In this document: positions 13,961 through 26,800 of the stretch, piece after piece
Position numbering within the stretch: position 1 is the first letter of the stretch
How the letters are laid out: each line of letters opens with the position of its first letter
Origin: Chara braunii
Taxonomy: Eukaryota; Plantae; Charophyceae
Direction of reading: 5' to 3'
Assembly (NCBI GenBank): GCA_003427395.1
Contig: BFEA01000036.1
Coordinates: 3,849,747-3,913,746 of the forward strand
Length of the DNA stretch: 64,000 nucleotides
The notes under the pieces: generated by a model
Databases searched by the model: none
Told to the model about the DNA's origin: nothing
Seen by the model: the letters and a program-made list of their open reading frames with translations, nothing else
Made by a program: the position numbers and the translations under genes

Positions 13961-15493
13961 TTTTATGTTATGAGTCTTCGCCCTTCTCCATTTACACTAC
14001 TTGAGTATCAACTCTACTCAGTTTTTCCCTCCCTTTTTTGACTCTTGCACTTGACGAGGTACATGCATCTTCTCTGTTGCCTTGCTTCGACGTTGTTTCC
14101 GGTGACGGGCTATTGACGGCGGCCCTTGCTGATTCTCAGCATTTCCTCTTATCTTAAGGGGGCGTTGCTTCGTCGTCTTCAGCCTCGTTGTCTTAATCAG
14201 AACCTGATGATGGTCGCAGAGCCTTCTCTTTTTTTTTCTGGCATCCAATGACAACTCCTTTCATATTCGTATTCACTATCTTTGCTAATCGTTTTTCATA
14301 CTCCTTTTGTTTCACTAACAATTTTTTCATCTCCCATTGTCTCCTCTGCTCCTTTTCTTTTTTCGCAAGGTTTTTTGCTATCTCGACTCTGGCTTGCTCT
14401 TCGTTCGTTGCCTTCTCATCCTCCTCATGTTTCTTCTTTTTATCAACTTCGCATTTATCGTCCCCCGCTTCTCTTTGTTGGTCTATCTGCTGGTTCGCCA
14501 TACGACCTACTGAGCTGAGTGATTCCTCGAGTTCTCTGCTTAAGGTCACTACCCCAGACGACGTTCCTCCTCCATATCTTCCTTGGAGCCTTAGACACTG
14601 GCTCTTATATTGGCCTATATTATCGCACTCGTAACACTTCATTTGTTTTTCACTCCCTCGTTCACTATAGCTCCATCCATGGTCATCAGAACTGTTTTAT
14701 CGTGGAATCCGACCTGCTATTAATGTAGGATTGACAACCATCTCCTTCGGTCATCCACCCTTCTGTTACGTCTATCATCCCGATATCTTTCTCTCCTCCC
14801 TTCGCTTCGATTGTCTCATCCAACACAGTGGTAACCCCTTTGTTCATCCCTCCTTCCCCGTGATTCTTCCCTTCGGTAACTCATCCTGAGCCGTAACCTC
14901 TTTTTGTAGTTAGATCTTAGTTTGAAGCTTCCTTCAAAGTCTTGCCACACGGTCACTAGAAGATCGTTTTAATGTTTGAGAACATTAAATTTGTACACCG
15001 CCTTCAAAGCGTTTCTAGTGCTTACCACCAAACTCCAAGTAACCTCCCTTGGTTGGTTGAGGCACTCGATAACAGCTTGATAAAGTTGGTTGGTGCAACT
15101 TTCTCGCAGTGAAACACCGTGGTATGTGCAACAAATGCAAATATCACACAGTGAGTCACAACGGATTGTGCAACGAGATTGTTCACATAGAAATGAACAA
15201 AGATAAATGAATTCAACACAGAATGTCAGTTCACAACAAAGTGGCGGAATAGTAGGAAGAATTAACATCATAGATCGACCACCATTGACACCTCTTGACC
15301 ATGCACCTAGAAACCTCCTTTCACTCCCGACAAAACCGAGGCGGCTGTTCACAAACGACGCGAAACGTCGGCTGTCAGCAACAGTTTTAAAACTCGCTGT
15401 AAAAGAGAACTAACCCATCATCATACTGCTATTAATAGTGGCCTGACCTACTACAATTTCTTCCGATAAGACATGTACCTGAGGTCCTACAAA

Positions 15494-16258
15494 CAGTGAT
15501 GTACCCCTCTTCACCGTTCACAGGATCAGTGAACGCTGACCGGTCATCCGGCCGATCACGAAAAGTTCAAGGACTTCACAAAGAGCAGGATTGTTTTTTT
15601 TTTTTTTTGGCGGGGGGGGGGTGTTTTTGTTTGTATAGGAGGGTCGGGGTCACCAGAGGGTACCCCCCCATAATTTTTTTATTTTTTCATGAATAATATA
15701 TTTTTTTAAATTGGTCAAGGGCCACTTACCCTGGACCCAGGCAGCCTGGCTGGTAGCCTAGTTTTTAACTTATTTTTTATTTTAAATTTGGTAAAGATTT
15801 TCGATGTCACCCTGAGACAAGTTGTTCGTTAAATTTAATTTTCTGGATAACATAGTTTTTCTATGTTTTTTTTGGGGGGGGTGGGGCCTGGCCGGGCAAG
15901 TGACCCTGGGCCACTCTGGTAGCCTTGTTTTTTTTTTTAATTATTATTTTTTTTTTGCTAGGACCTTCCCTTGGCCGTCCGGAGAAATAGGGTGACCTGG
16001 GCGGCTTGGCTGGTAGCCTAGTTAAAAACGAAAAAAAGAATGAAACCAGCCAAAATAAGCATTTTTGTTTGTTGTTTTATAGGTTATTTCGATTTTCTAT
16101 TTTTCAATATCATCAAATTGAGGGACTTGAGGCGACTGTACCTGGGTGAGATCCGAAAAAAAAAACAAAAAAAAAACAAAAAAAAACAAAAAAAAAACAA
16201 CGCTCTTTCGTGGTCTGGTCGTTCACAGATGTCGGTCACGTTCGAGGTGACAGCACTG
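15494..16258. mobile_element. hAT-like insertion within the upstream PLE repeat, with CTAGGCTACC-MITE fragments inside
   Basis: CAGTGATGT...ACAGCACTG termini. Absent from the other repeat copy (9775-9790). Partial CCTAC/TCTAC duplication. Confidence 0.6.
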
Positions 16259-16769
16259 TCTACTACGAATTACCTACTCAATAGAAAATCCCATAAGGTT
16301 CCTACCGTACGACGAACGGATACATGTCTGAACAATAACACCTACTTCAAACAGGCCTACTTCAAGGGTAGATAATTTTGACAACTCGTTCCTATTGAGG
16401 GGCGCAGGTCCTCATAAAGCGGCAAATGACTCTTTGGAATATTTTATCCAGGTACGACTGTCTCCTTAGATCGTGAATCAACGTGAGTAGGCTCTCATCG
16501 AATTTATCCAATTTAAAATAAAAAATAAAAATAAAAATAAAAATATTTTTTATTATTTTTTAAACTTTTATTATTATTATTATTATTTTTTTTTTTTGGC
16601 CCGGCCGAGCAACTTGGAGCAAGTGGTCCCGGGCCATTCTGATAGCCTGGGTTTCTTTTCATTAGAATGCTTGTTGTTTTCTGTTTTATATTTTTTAAAA
16701 TAACGAAAAACGTCAGAATCCAAGAAACAAAAATGGGGATGGGTTTTTCAGGGGGGGACATGAAGACGT

Positions 16770-19585
16770 TCCGGTAACGCTCACGTGCGCTATCATAACG
16801 CTATTCCGCATGCTGGACCTAGCGCTGCAGTAGCAATCGCGGAGCCGTCGGCGTTTTCGATAAAGTGTTCGGCGCTGCTTCATGGGATCAGTTGGGGAGA
16901 GCGCAGAACCATGCCTAGTAGTCCATATGGCGAAGCCATACCGACGGGAGGTTATGTCGAACTACCTCTTGAGTGAGGTAAGAACGCCGATGCGTTCATG
17001 ACATGGTCCCTAGTCGTTTCCCTTTTTCTATCATCCAAACAGCTAAACAATTCAATGTAACAGATATGCTAAGGGACGTCAACGAGGCGACTGATGGAGA
17101 GTTGAAGTACGAAGGGCTCGTGCCTGCAGAAGCAGGCCCGAGATGTGGAGGATAAGATTTCTTGTGTTGAAAGAGATCCTTTCTGCCAAGCTACAAGAAG
17201 CGGAAGGGACAAGAAGAAACCAAGAAAAGCAGAACACGGGACTATTTTGGGCCTTGGATGTATCTGGCTGCAATTACGTCCAAAGCTAATAGGAGCTGCG
17301 AAAGGGAGCTGTGAACCAAGAGCTATAAGCGCTAGTTATGGAAGAATGATTGGGACGGTGTTGAGGCGGGCAGTGAGAGAGCGTGCAGCAACAGTGGGAG
17401 CGTGCCATAAGTTCCAAGAACAGAAGTGCAACCCCATCGGGCGATCTATGGAATATATGGAATTTTCAGGGTTTGTGGACTATGCTGACACACTGGTTTG
17501 CATTCCTATGCATGGTATCTGGTTGTATGTGTTGGTTAAATCGTATAATAGTACTTATCTTTTCACTTAGATGAGTATGCTCTTCGACGGTCATATAGAT
17601 TCTGCACGTTCCTTCGATTATCTGTCGTGTTTTGAAATTGTCGGAACTCCTCTGGCAAGTGTGCGGAGAGCGAGCTCGTGCGCGGTTGGGGTTTTGCTTT
17701 GCTCGTTCTGGTGCGCGTTTCTTGCTTGTGGTTATGTTCACTGTGGTGTGTCGAGCCTTCCTTTGAGTAGTGTGTCGTCGTCCATCACAAGGTTAATGTT
17801 GTTGTTATTCCGGCGCACTCGAAGCTGTGTACACTCCGCGTGAATTTGGCGGCATATTCGAACGATTCACTTCCCTACCTTCCGTCTAGATCGACAGGTT
17901 TATGGACTAGTTGGTTGTATCTGTTGGTTCAATCGTAGAATAGTACTTACCTTTTCATTTAGATGAGCATGTTCTTTGATGGTCATATAGATTCCACTGT
18001 GTTATGCATCTATTAGACATAATAGATTAGATTAATGGGCTGCTCTATTTCGACACTTTCCTTGAATTCAAGCGGTATAATGTGCGTTTTAGCACACGCT
18101 TCTTACTTGAAGGTAGTTGATGTCACACTTCACTAGAAAGTGTTATTCTAGGCGCTTTCTTCATTTCTGTATTTGGAATCTGGTTGGTTCTGTGAAGAGT
18201 GACCTCCTTGTTTTCTCGGTGCTTTCTAGGCTAGTATTATCATTTCTGTCACATGTATTTTCTCTAGTGTTTCGTAATTAGAAACACATATTTAGGGTCG
18301 GAATGTTTGTAGTAATTCAGAGTCTTAGGTATTTTTGCCTCTTGATAAGTTGATTTTCTTTGTGAGAATAGTCAGTACGAAGGAGCAGTGGGAATACCGA
18401 TGGTTGGACGATAAGAGAGGCCCGGTGAAGAGCAAACTAGAGTTGTATCCATTGGGTGCGTGGTGGGAAACCCGCCTTGGCAACAAAGGTTTTTTACAAG
18501 TTTTTTAGATAGTGTGAGTGCTATCATCAGTGGTGGGAGCGTTAGTCGATTGTATTTATTATAAGTAGTAGTTAGTACGAGTGAGCAGTGAGAAAACCAA
18601 CAGCTGGACGAAATGAGAGACCCGATGAAGAGCAAACTAGAGTTGTATCCATTGGGTGCATGGTGGGAAACCCGCCTTGGCAACAAAGGCTCTTTACAAG
18701 TGTTTTGGATAGCCATGATAAGAAGGTATCCCTACAGCCCATTCTTCCATGAAGTTCTATCGACGGCGGCACTACGGGGGCAGTGTGAGTGCCGTCGTCA
18801 GTGGTGGGAGCGTTAGTCGATTGTAGTTATTATAAGAGTAGTTAGTATGAGAGAGCAGTGAGAAAACCAATGGTTGGACGAAACGAGAGACCCGGTGCAG
18901 AGAAAACTAGAGTTGTATCCATTGGGTGCGTGGTGGGAAACCCTCCTTGGCAACAAAGGCTCTTTACAAGTGTTTTGGATAGCCATGATAAGAAGGTATC
19001 CCTACAGCCCATTCTTCCATGAAGTTCTATGGACTGCGGCACTACGGGGGCAGTGTGAGTGCCTTCGTCAGTGGTGGGAGCGTTAGTCGATTGTAGTTAT
19101 TATAAGAGTGGTTAGTATGAGAGAGCAGTGGGAAAACCAATGGTTGGACGAAACGAGAGACCCGGTGAAGAGCAAACTAGAGTTGTATCCATTGGGTGCG
19201 TGGTGGGAAACCCATCAAGGCAACAAAGGCTCCTCACAGAGTGATTGGACAGTGATGATGGGAAAGTAATCCTACAGCTTCTCTTTTTGCCCAGTTCCTG
19301 ATCCTTGAGTTTATAGGCAGTAAGTGGAAGTTTGTCCTTAGTTTGTTCTTAGTTTTCCGATGCCTTTAGCGCTGGGGTATGTCTGCAGGAGCTTCAAGTT
19401 TTACCTTTTTGAGAAGTTCTTTTTTCACTTCTTTTGAGAGAAGAATGGTTGGGACGCTGGACCCGGTTTCCAGCATGGTTCCCTTGTGACTTCCGGGTTG
19501 AATTGTGAGGTCCCCGGCCTCGACCACAATTATTTCTTTGAATATAAAGCGACAACTTCTCAAAAAAAAATAAAAAATAAAAAAA
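16770..19585 (+). mobile_element. 3' portion of a decayed L1-type LINE
   Basis: Degenerate ORF2 C-terminal-like peptides (LLHGI..GER..PSSPY; ILGLGCIWLQLRPKLI), a T-rich 3' UTR, tail motif 19492-19522 shared with the LINE at 56257-58102, and an A-rich tail at 19562-19585. The 5' boundary is approximate. Confidence 0.55.
18368..19290 (+). repeat. ~270-bp tandem repeat, about 3.5 units
   Basis: Units start at ~18372, 18572, 18842 and 19112. The first lacks ~70 bp. Shared core AAACTAGAGTTGTATCCATTGGGTGC. Confidence 0.9.
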
Positions 19586-19772
19586 TGGGGATGTAGGGAT
19601 TTCCAAACCATGCAATTCCGTATATATATCTTTTGTTTTGCCTATTTTCCTGGGAAATAAGTATACTGTAAATTTCGCGGCCACACACAACCGTATGCGG
19701 TTGGGCCGGCGGTCACAATCCTGACCACATGCGGTCAGCGGCCCCGCAGTCATGACCGCGGGGGATACATAG
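19586..19772. mobile_element. Right end of a CTATG-family hAT-like element
   Basis: Ends GGGGGATACATAG like position 917. Shares the GGGGATGTAGGGATTT subterminal motif with 47461-47480. Confidence 0.6.
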
Positions 19773-19791
19773 CAGGACTCGGATTCCTACC

Positions 19792-21450
19792 TGATACAAT
19801 AAACAACAACATTTATCCAAAGGATAAACTTTGAGGAAGATAGACCAACGACCGACTGTCTACCTGCAAAAATTGTCGCGGTTCTATCATCTGTGTTACT
19901 TCCTGATTGCCGATACTGACCCACGCATGTGAACCCAAGAGAGAAGGTATGAGCAAGGAAGGATGGGCAACAAAGGTCACCATGAAAGAGGCTTCTGAAT
20001 AAGAGAGATTACCACCAAGGTAAGTTCGTTGTCTAGACGCTGGTATTGAACGTTGCCTCCGTAATAATCTTGCTGTGCGGTAGCCGCTGAAGTCAGGTAC
20101 AGCAGCTGAGGTTCTCTCGCTATACCGGTAACGGTGTATCCATAGGTCGTTTTCACAGCATCCTGGTTGGGGGGCGGAACAACCATCGGGGGGCGGAACA
20201 ACCATAGAGGTAAACGGGCTCATGCGTGAATGGCCATCAGCATAGAGAGATGCCATTACCGCGGTAACTAGCACAGTGATAACGCGAGTACCCCCTGATG
20301 GGCCGACCAATTACGCGAGAGGCGTGTTCCAGCGGGCGGCGCAAGCCACGAGTGCTACACCAGCACCGTCGGCAGCGCCACTCCCCCTTCTCTGGTCATT
20401 AGCATTTTGTCTGCCTAGACTAGAGGTCGACTCTACTAGTTCAGTCCCAGATAGCCAAGTAGCGGATACATAGGTCACGATAGGTGGATAGCTATACAAG
20501 AGATTTTTGCGACTCTGTTTGTGGAAAGTGGAGCAATGAAAACCTCTACAAAATTGTTGAGTGGAGAGTAGTGGATCGAGACCCTATATCAATAGTAGAG
20601 GAGGACTAGAATCCGTGTGGAAATGCTGGCCGTCTCCCTTGTATTCCCATTTCTGCTGTGGGATGCAATAAAATAATTGGTAGGTAATAATCGAAGCCCC
20701 CTCCTTTTCCTCACTGAGCCCCCACCCCCCCCCCAATCCCCAGCAATTCCGTGTAATACCCCTTTTCTCCCGAGTCATCNCCCCCCCCCCCCCCCCTNCC
20801 CAACCCCTGTTGGAGGACCCCTTCCACACCACCCTATCGCCTGTGCCTAGCCTCGCTGAAACTCGCGGCCCCACCGGTGCATGCACCTACGCATGCATCT
20901 AGTAGCCCGGGTACATCTGGATCCCGAACCTCAACCCGTACTTCCTGGTCTGGTCCAGACTGCAGTCGACATCCTAAAGTAGCCGCCCGCGGGCTTCCCG
21001 GATTTTCGGGGCCCGAGGCCGTCTCTCCAGTGGCGAACACCTTCCTTCGTTCCGTCGGGACTTCAGTTGGAGCCCGTCCCGTACGGTCCACTTCAGGTCC
21101 CGTCAGCGCTCCCCGACAGTCTGCACCGGTCCAACTAAAAGTAGTCGCAGCGCGGCGTGCCTGCTGGCCTGATGGCCTGGCCCCGCTACCAGCCAAATTC
21201 GAGAACTAACGAGTGCACTGTCCGCTTCTCAGTTCCCACGTTTGGCGTCTAGTGCAGCGAGTCCCGTCTGTTTGAGTCCGCTCTGAGCGGTAATCAACCG
21301 GTTCGGTCCAGCGCGGTCCAGTCCGCTTCAGTCCGCTTCAGTCCGGTGTACTTCGGTCCAGTCCCGGTTTGAGCGGAGTCGGTCCGGTGCGATCTGTTCC
21401 CCCCGCTTCGACTCTTCCCGCCTCGCGGGTTGCTCCAGTTTTTCAATTTA
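19792..21450 (-). repeat. Possible LTR remnant
   Basis: Minus strand ends ..TTTATTGTATCA, an LTR-like 3' terminus. Clustered CAGTCCG repeats at 21290-21390. No partner LTR, PBS or pol was found. Confidence 0.25.
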
Positions 21451-23151
21451 TTTTTATCGAATCCTTGCCCCGCCTTGTCGCGGGCTCCCGGCTTGTAGTT
21501 AGCATGCCCTGCATATGTTTGTCGCTTGTGGGTTCCATTTTTTTTGGTTTTTTTTAATTATTCTTGGTTCGTTGTTGTTTCGCCAGTTTTTTTTTTTTTT
21601 TTTGTGTTTGTTTTCCTTTTCCGTCGGCTGGGCTTTGTCATCCCGCCCGTCGGTCGTCCGCCAGTCCGTCCATTCGTTGGCCGGTCTCTCCTGCCGAGGT
21701 TGTCCGCTTGTGCCCGCGCGCGTGCGCCTGCCAGAGCTAACCTTGGCTGTCCGCCGGCGCGCCTGCCTGGCTGGCGGAAGTTGGCGGGGTAGTTGCGCTC
21801 GCGGTGGTGCTCTCCGTTCGTCGTGCTTGTCCCGGCGTGGGGCCGCGAGAAGACGGGCGCGTGCCGGACTCGTGCGAGCGCTAGCGAGGGTCGGAAAACG
21901 ACAAGCTCGAGGCCAGGCGGGCGGCCGGGCGGAAGAGAGAGCGGCCTGGAAGGGGGGGGGGGGGGGTGAAGGGGGGTAGGGTGCGCCAGCTCTGCAGCTG
22001 GTGGTGCTGCTACGTCCCTGGATCTCCTGGCCGGTGGGTGGGGTGGCTACCAGGAGGCGGAGGGACGGGGTGGCTATCTACAAGCGGGTGGGAGTCGGAG
22101 TGGCCGTGGGGGAGGTGGAGTGACCCATGGGTCGCGCGGCAAACCGCTTATGGAGGGCGCCAAGCTGGCGCGCCTATGGGTAGCCGGCCGGGGGTATGGG
22201 GGCGCCCTCCTGCCCCGAGCTGGCGTAGGGAGAACTTTCAAAATAGTGTGCCCCGATGGTGTCAGAGCGACAGAGTGGATGGACGAACTGGACTAATAGC
22301 CACTGCTTCAGGGGGCATGAACTTCCACCTCCCAGTAGGCAGCGAATCCCGTCTCCGCGCGTTTGTGCGCGATGTTGCGCTGAGTTGTGCGCACTGCTGG
22401 GAGCTCCGCGCGCGGCAAGTCCAGCAAACACCCATTGTCCGGCTTTCCACGACACAACCGCGGTGGCTCAGACGCTTCCTATGGATACGCCTCTCCCCCC
22501 AGAAGGCGACGTCGATGATTATTACCACGAACGGCACGCTCATGGCCCGCGTGCGTTAGCAAGACACGCAAACAAAGCGGAAGACACGATGAGAGCACCC
22601 CGCACATAGACGCGGACACACACGCTCGCGCACGCGTACGCACACACGCACACACACGCACACACTCACACACACAGAGAGNNNNNNNNNNNNNNNNNNN
22701 NNNNNNNNNNNNNNNNNNNNNNNNNNNNNNNNNNNNNNNNNNNNNNNNNNNNNNNNNNNNNNNNNNNNNNNNNNNNNNNNNNNNNNNNNNNNNNNNNNNN
22801 NNNNNNNNNNNNNNNNNNNNNNNNNNNNNNNNNNNNNNNNNNNNNNNNNNNNNNNNNNNNNNNNNNNNNNNNNNNNNNNNNNNNNNNNNNNNNNNNNNNN
22901 NNNNNNNNNNNNNNNNNNNNNNNNNNNNNNNNNNNNNNNNNNNNNNNNNNNNNNNNNNNNNNNNNNNNNNNNNNNNNNNNNNNNNNNNNNNNNNNNNNNN
23001 NNNNNNNNNNNNNNNNNNNNNNNNNNNNNNNNNNNNNNNNNNNNNNNNNNNNNNNNNNNNNNNNNNNNNNNNNNNNNNNNNNNNNNNNNNNNNNNNNNNN
23101 NNNNNNNNNNNNNNNNNNNNNNNNNNNNNNNNNNNNNNNNNNNNNNNNNNN

Positions 23152-23214
<63 letters not shown>

Positions 23215-23894
23215 ACTAGGCACATCCGGTTCGTACGTCGTCTGTTGAACTCCATTTGATCTCCAATCGACTTCTTGTGTAGCTAGACTGACGAGCGTAG
23301 TTTAGTCACGTTAGTGGAGTGGGTTGCGCCTGATCCAATGGGCTCGGTAGGAAGGTACAGGAGAGGGGAAGGGAACCATTGAATGCGCTGGTGGGTGATG
23401 GAGGAAGTGGACACCCGCCGAAGCAGGCAGCCAGGCAGATTGCGTGTGGGCCCGGGAGGGGCTGCCGTCATGGGACCTTGGGAGCATTCTCATTCGTGAT
23501 TAGTTATCGGGCGACTCCTCGAGACGCCGACAGCGGCATAGACACGAAGATAAGTTTATGAAAACTGGCCCAGTGCAAGTCGATAGCTGATAAACCTGAT
23601 GGACGGATGGTCTGTCAGCTTTAACCTTGGCATTATCAATAATGATATGAAAAGGTCCAATCGTATTCGTATGATGAGTGGCACCACCGCTACGGCGGCA
23701 GCAACAGCAGGCGTTCTAGTGTTTATCCGACAACTGTTTGCTGCCGTTCTAGTGTCTCTACGAAGACAAGAGAAAGTGGGTGCTTACTGCCAATCAATCG
23801 AATCACATTAGTCATTTCCCAATCGATAGTGATTACTGTGTCTGTCGTTCCATTGCCCGCAGTCGCCTTGCCAGCCGCCTTGAAGTTCTGTGCT

Positions 23895-26800
23895 ATGGAC
23901 TCGTCCAGGAAACGACAAAGAGACGAAGATGACGATGATGGACGGCTTGGGGGAGATGAAGATGGTGGCAAGCATTGGAGCAGTGGGAGGCATGGGGGGG
24001 GAGTGATCTTGGGGAAGGCAAGATTGGCCCCTTTGCAGCTTTCGCCTGAGAGTGGGTGCTTGCAGTCAGCGACCCGTTTTCAGGTAAGCAAGGGGGCAGC
24101 AGGTAAGACGAGCAACCAGATAGTGGAGCACTGTGCGCACCTGGAGCTCGCTTCCTTTCTCCGGGCGGATTGTGGGGATGGAGTGGGGGAGGCTGATGGG
24201 CAAGGCCGCTCGCCGGCAGCAGCAGCGATGGGCACGGGCGGCGTGACGAACATTCTTCCATCGTCGAGGGTGTCCGGCCCCTGCTCCCCGGGGCTGTGCA
24301 GCAGCTCTCGGGGTCAAGTATCGTCCAACAGCTGCTCGACGTCGGGCGCAAGGGAGAGGGAACGGGAGATGGAGAGAGCACTAATCGATGTGAATGAAGT
24401 CCCGAGGACTGAGGACGACGATAACCTGCTACAAGGGAGAAAGGGAAGACGTAAGAAAGAGAGCAGAGTGGGGATTGTCAGGGTGGCGAGAGCAGCGGAG
24501 GACGAGGGAGAGGGGGAGGGGGAGGGGGAGGAGGGGGTTGTCCAACTGGAAGGAGACTGCTGTTTCGTAAAGCTGCCTGCAGGAATGGCACCAGGAGCTG
24601 CTCGGGAGATCGACGAGGAGGAGGGGAGCGCCGCTAGCTCCTCCCCCTGCGAGTCGGAGCTGGTACGTGCACGAGTAGCACGCTCTGGAATGGCTGATGA
24701 TGGCAGCGGCGGCGAGCCATGCACTGCCGATCTGCGGTTGGCATGTAGCGGAGGGGGGTGTCCGACTGCCACGGTTGGGTGTAGTAAACGGCTCGAGTCC
24801 GTCGAGCGATTGAGGAAACGAGTTGATATGGGCTTCAAGAAACTGGAGTCAAGGGAGCACATCATCAATTGCAGTGATTCCGTACGAGTGAGCTCAGGAG
24901 AAGAAGGGGTGTCCGCTGCTGACCCTCCTGCCAAGGTAGGAGCGGGAGCAGCGACCAAGATGCCAATGCAGCTGCTTCTGGGTCCTCGGGGTTCAAAGGA
25001 ATACACAGAAGAGAACGGAGGAGGTGGGCAATTTCAGGCTGCGCCCTCGATCGTTGGCAGGCGGTCCAGCTGCAGGGAGAGCGACGAAGCGGCTGACACT
25101 CTTCTCCCCTTTGGAGCTCAGCAGGTAACCACTGGTGGTGGAAGCATGGTTCGAGCGGCGGAGATGAGCAGATGGCCGCAGCACGGTGGCCGCCAGCACC
25201 AGGCGTTGGAACAGCCGATGCTCGCCTTCAGGGAGTCGTCAGAGGGACGGGATCCAAGCTCGGTGGTGTTACGTCGCCGGCCTGCTCAATTAGGACTGTT
25301 GGAAGTGTTGGGGGGGGGAGTGGGAAGCGAGGAGGACACGCACTGCACGACCACGGAAGGGACGTCCATCATGGGGAGGACAGGAGGGGAGGAGGGGACT
25401 GCTGGCAGGTCGACCAAGCTGGACGAGAGCGTTTCCGAGGAGGAAGAGCAGCAACGGCTGCAATGGCCGTCTCTGCTCCATTTTGGGGGACAAGAAGAGG
25501 AAAGTCGGGTCTCGACTATGCTTCGTGTCGGAGTGGAGCCGGGGACGGAGACGACAAGGAGCTACGACCGAGACGTGCACCAGGAGCAGCACCAGGCGAG
25601 GGTTGACAGGCAGGGAGAGCGATGGGCGGGATCTCCGCCCTCGGGGATGCCGTCCTCGTGCTGCACTCGGCGTTCTCGGGAGTCAGGCGGCCATTGTGGA
25701 GTGTCCGGCCGGGAGCACAGCCCCACCTATGCATTGTCAGCCGTTGGGCGCCATGCTTACGGTGGAGGGGACGCTTTGGGAGGAGCATCCGGTGCTATCG
25801 CCGGTAGCCGAGGTGTTAGAGGTGTGGAGGATACCTTGAGCGTCTTCCATGGCTCAGCCTCGCCTACCGTGGCCTGCTTCCAAGTCAGCGACAGGACTGT
25901 GGGGGGGGAGGGAAGGGGGAGGGGGAGGGCAACCACCACCACGAGTGAAGACCCGCAACGCTCTTGGAAAGGACCAACCATGCCAGAAAGACGCGTTCGG
26001 AACTCGTCAGACTCTAGGGATGGTACGCTTGGTGGGGGCGCAGGCCTTCGATGCGAGCTGGTTACCAGGGACCAAATCCACACGCCGTCGTCTCTCGTCC
26101 GGTCCGCCTCTGCAACAGCCTCCACATCCGCTGCTGCTCTGCGTGGAGACATTGCCGTCGGTGGGGGGATAGAAGGTAGGTCAGATGCCAAGTGTCCCTC
26201 GGATGGGGGCACAGAGAGCTGGACACGGGGATGGGGCGTCGAGAACGTGGTCGACATCGGTAATGCTCGGCGCTCAGGCAACCTTGCTTGTCACTCCCCT
26301 GGATCTCCGTCGGCTGGCCCTCTTCCGTACGCAATCGCCTGCTCCCGTCCTCATGACGCATGCGCTAAGCGCAGAGGGATGGGAAGGGATTCGACGGAAG
26401 GAAGTGAAGAGGGGAAAGTCGAAGGCGATGAGGGGATCAAGAAAGTTCGCCGGTTGCTGATTGGGAAGACGAGGGAGGGGCTCGATTTCGTCTCCTCGCC
26501 CGCGAAGACCGATTGCGAGAGAGTGCGGGAAACGTTCTTCTCGTCGGCGGCTCAAAATCATCATCATCGTCATTACCGCCCGGAGGCACATCTGCAGCTG
26601 CTATGGCTGCAACAGCAGAAGCAGCGTGAGCAGCTTGAGCATGACCGGGTGCTGAGGGAAAAGTTGGAACACAGCAATGTCGTGGAGGAGAGGGCCGCAA
26701 GGAACAGAGCGTTTCTACAGATGGACGGGGCACATCACCAGCACAATCGCCTACGCCGTTCGTCGGTGCCTTTGGGTAGCAGCGATGAAGACCGTCACAG

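Larger units (their letters stand above)
9460..16497 (-). mobile_element. Decayed Penelope-like element with partial-tandem (pseudo-LTR) structure
   Basis: Minus strand order: ORF1 with degenerate CCHC knuckle CYECDNIGQYKSQC (14642-14595) and coiled coil; GIY-YIG SCVYAII..YVGKIER..CWSEH (~12510-12420); RT motifs PKRKDPTKFRPI, YDIMKMF, EGIPMEKLSCAPIACILC, GVRLVDN (11016-10350). 9462-10005 is repeated at 15177-16497 and includes the last ~40 RT codons. Confidence 0.85.

Noticed and set aside
18745-19075. CUGACGA plus hairpin on the minus strand of the 270-bp repeat read as a hammerhead
   Set aside because: GAAA and the NUH site are missing in both full units.
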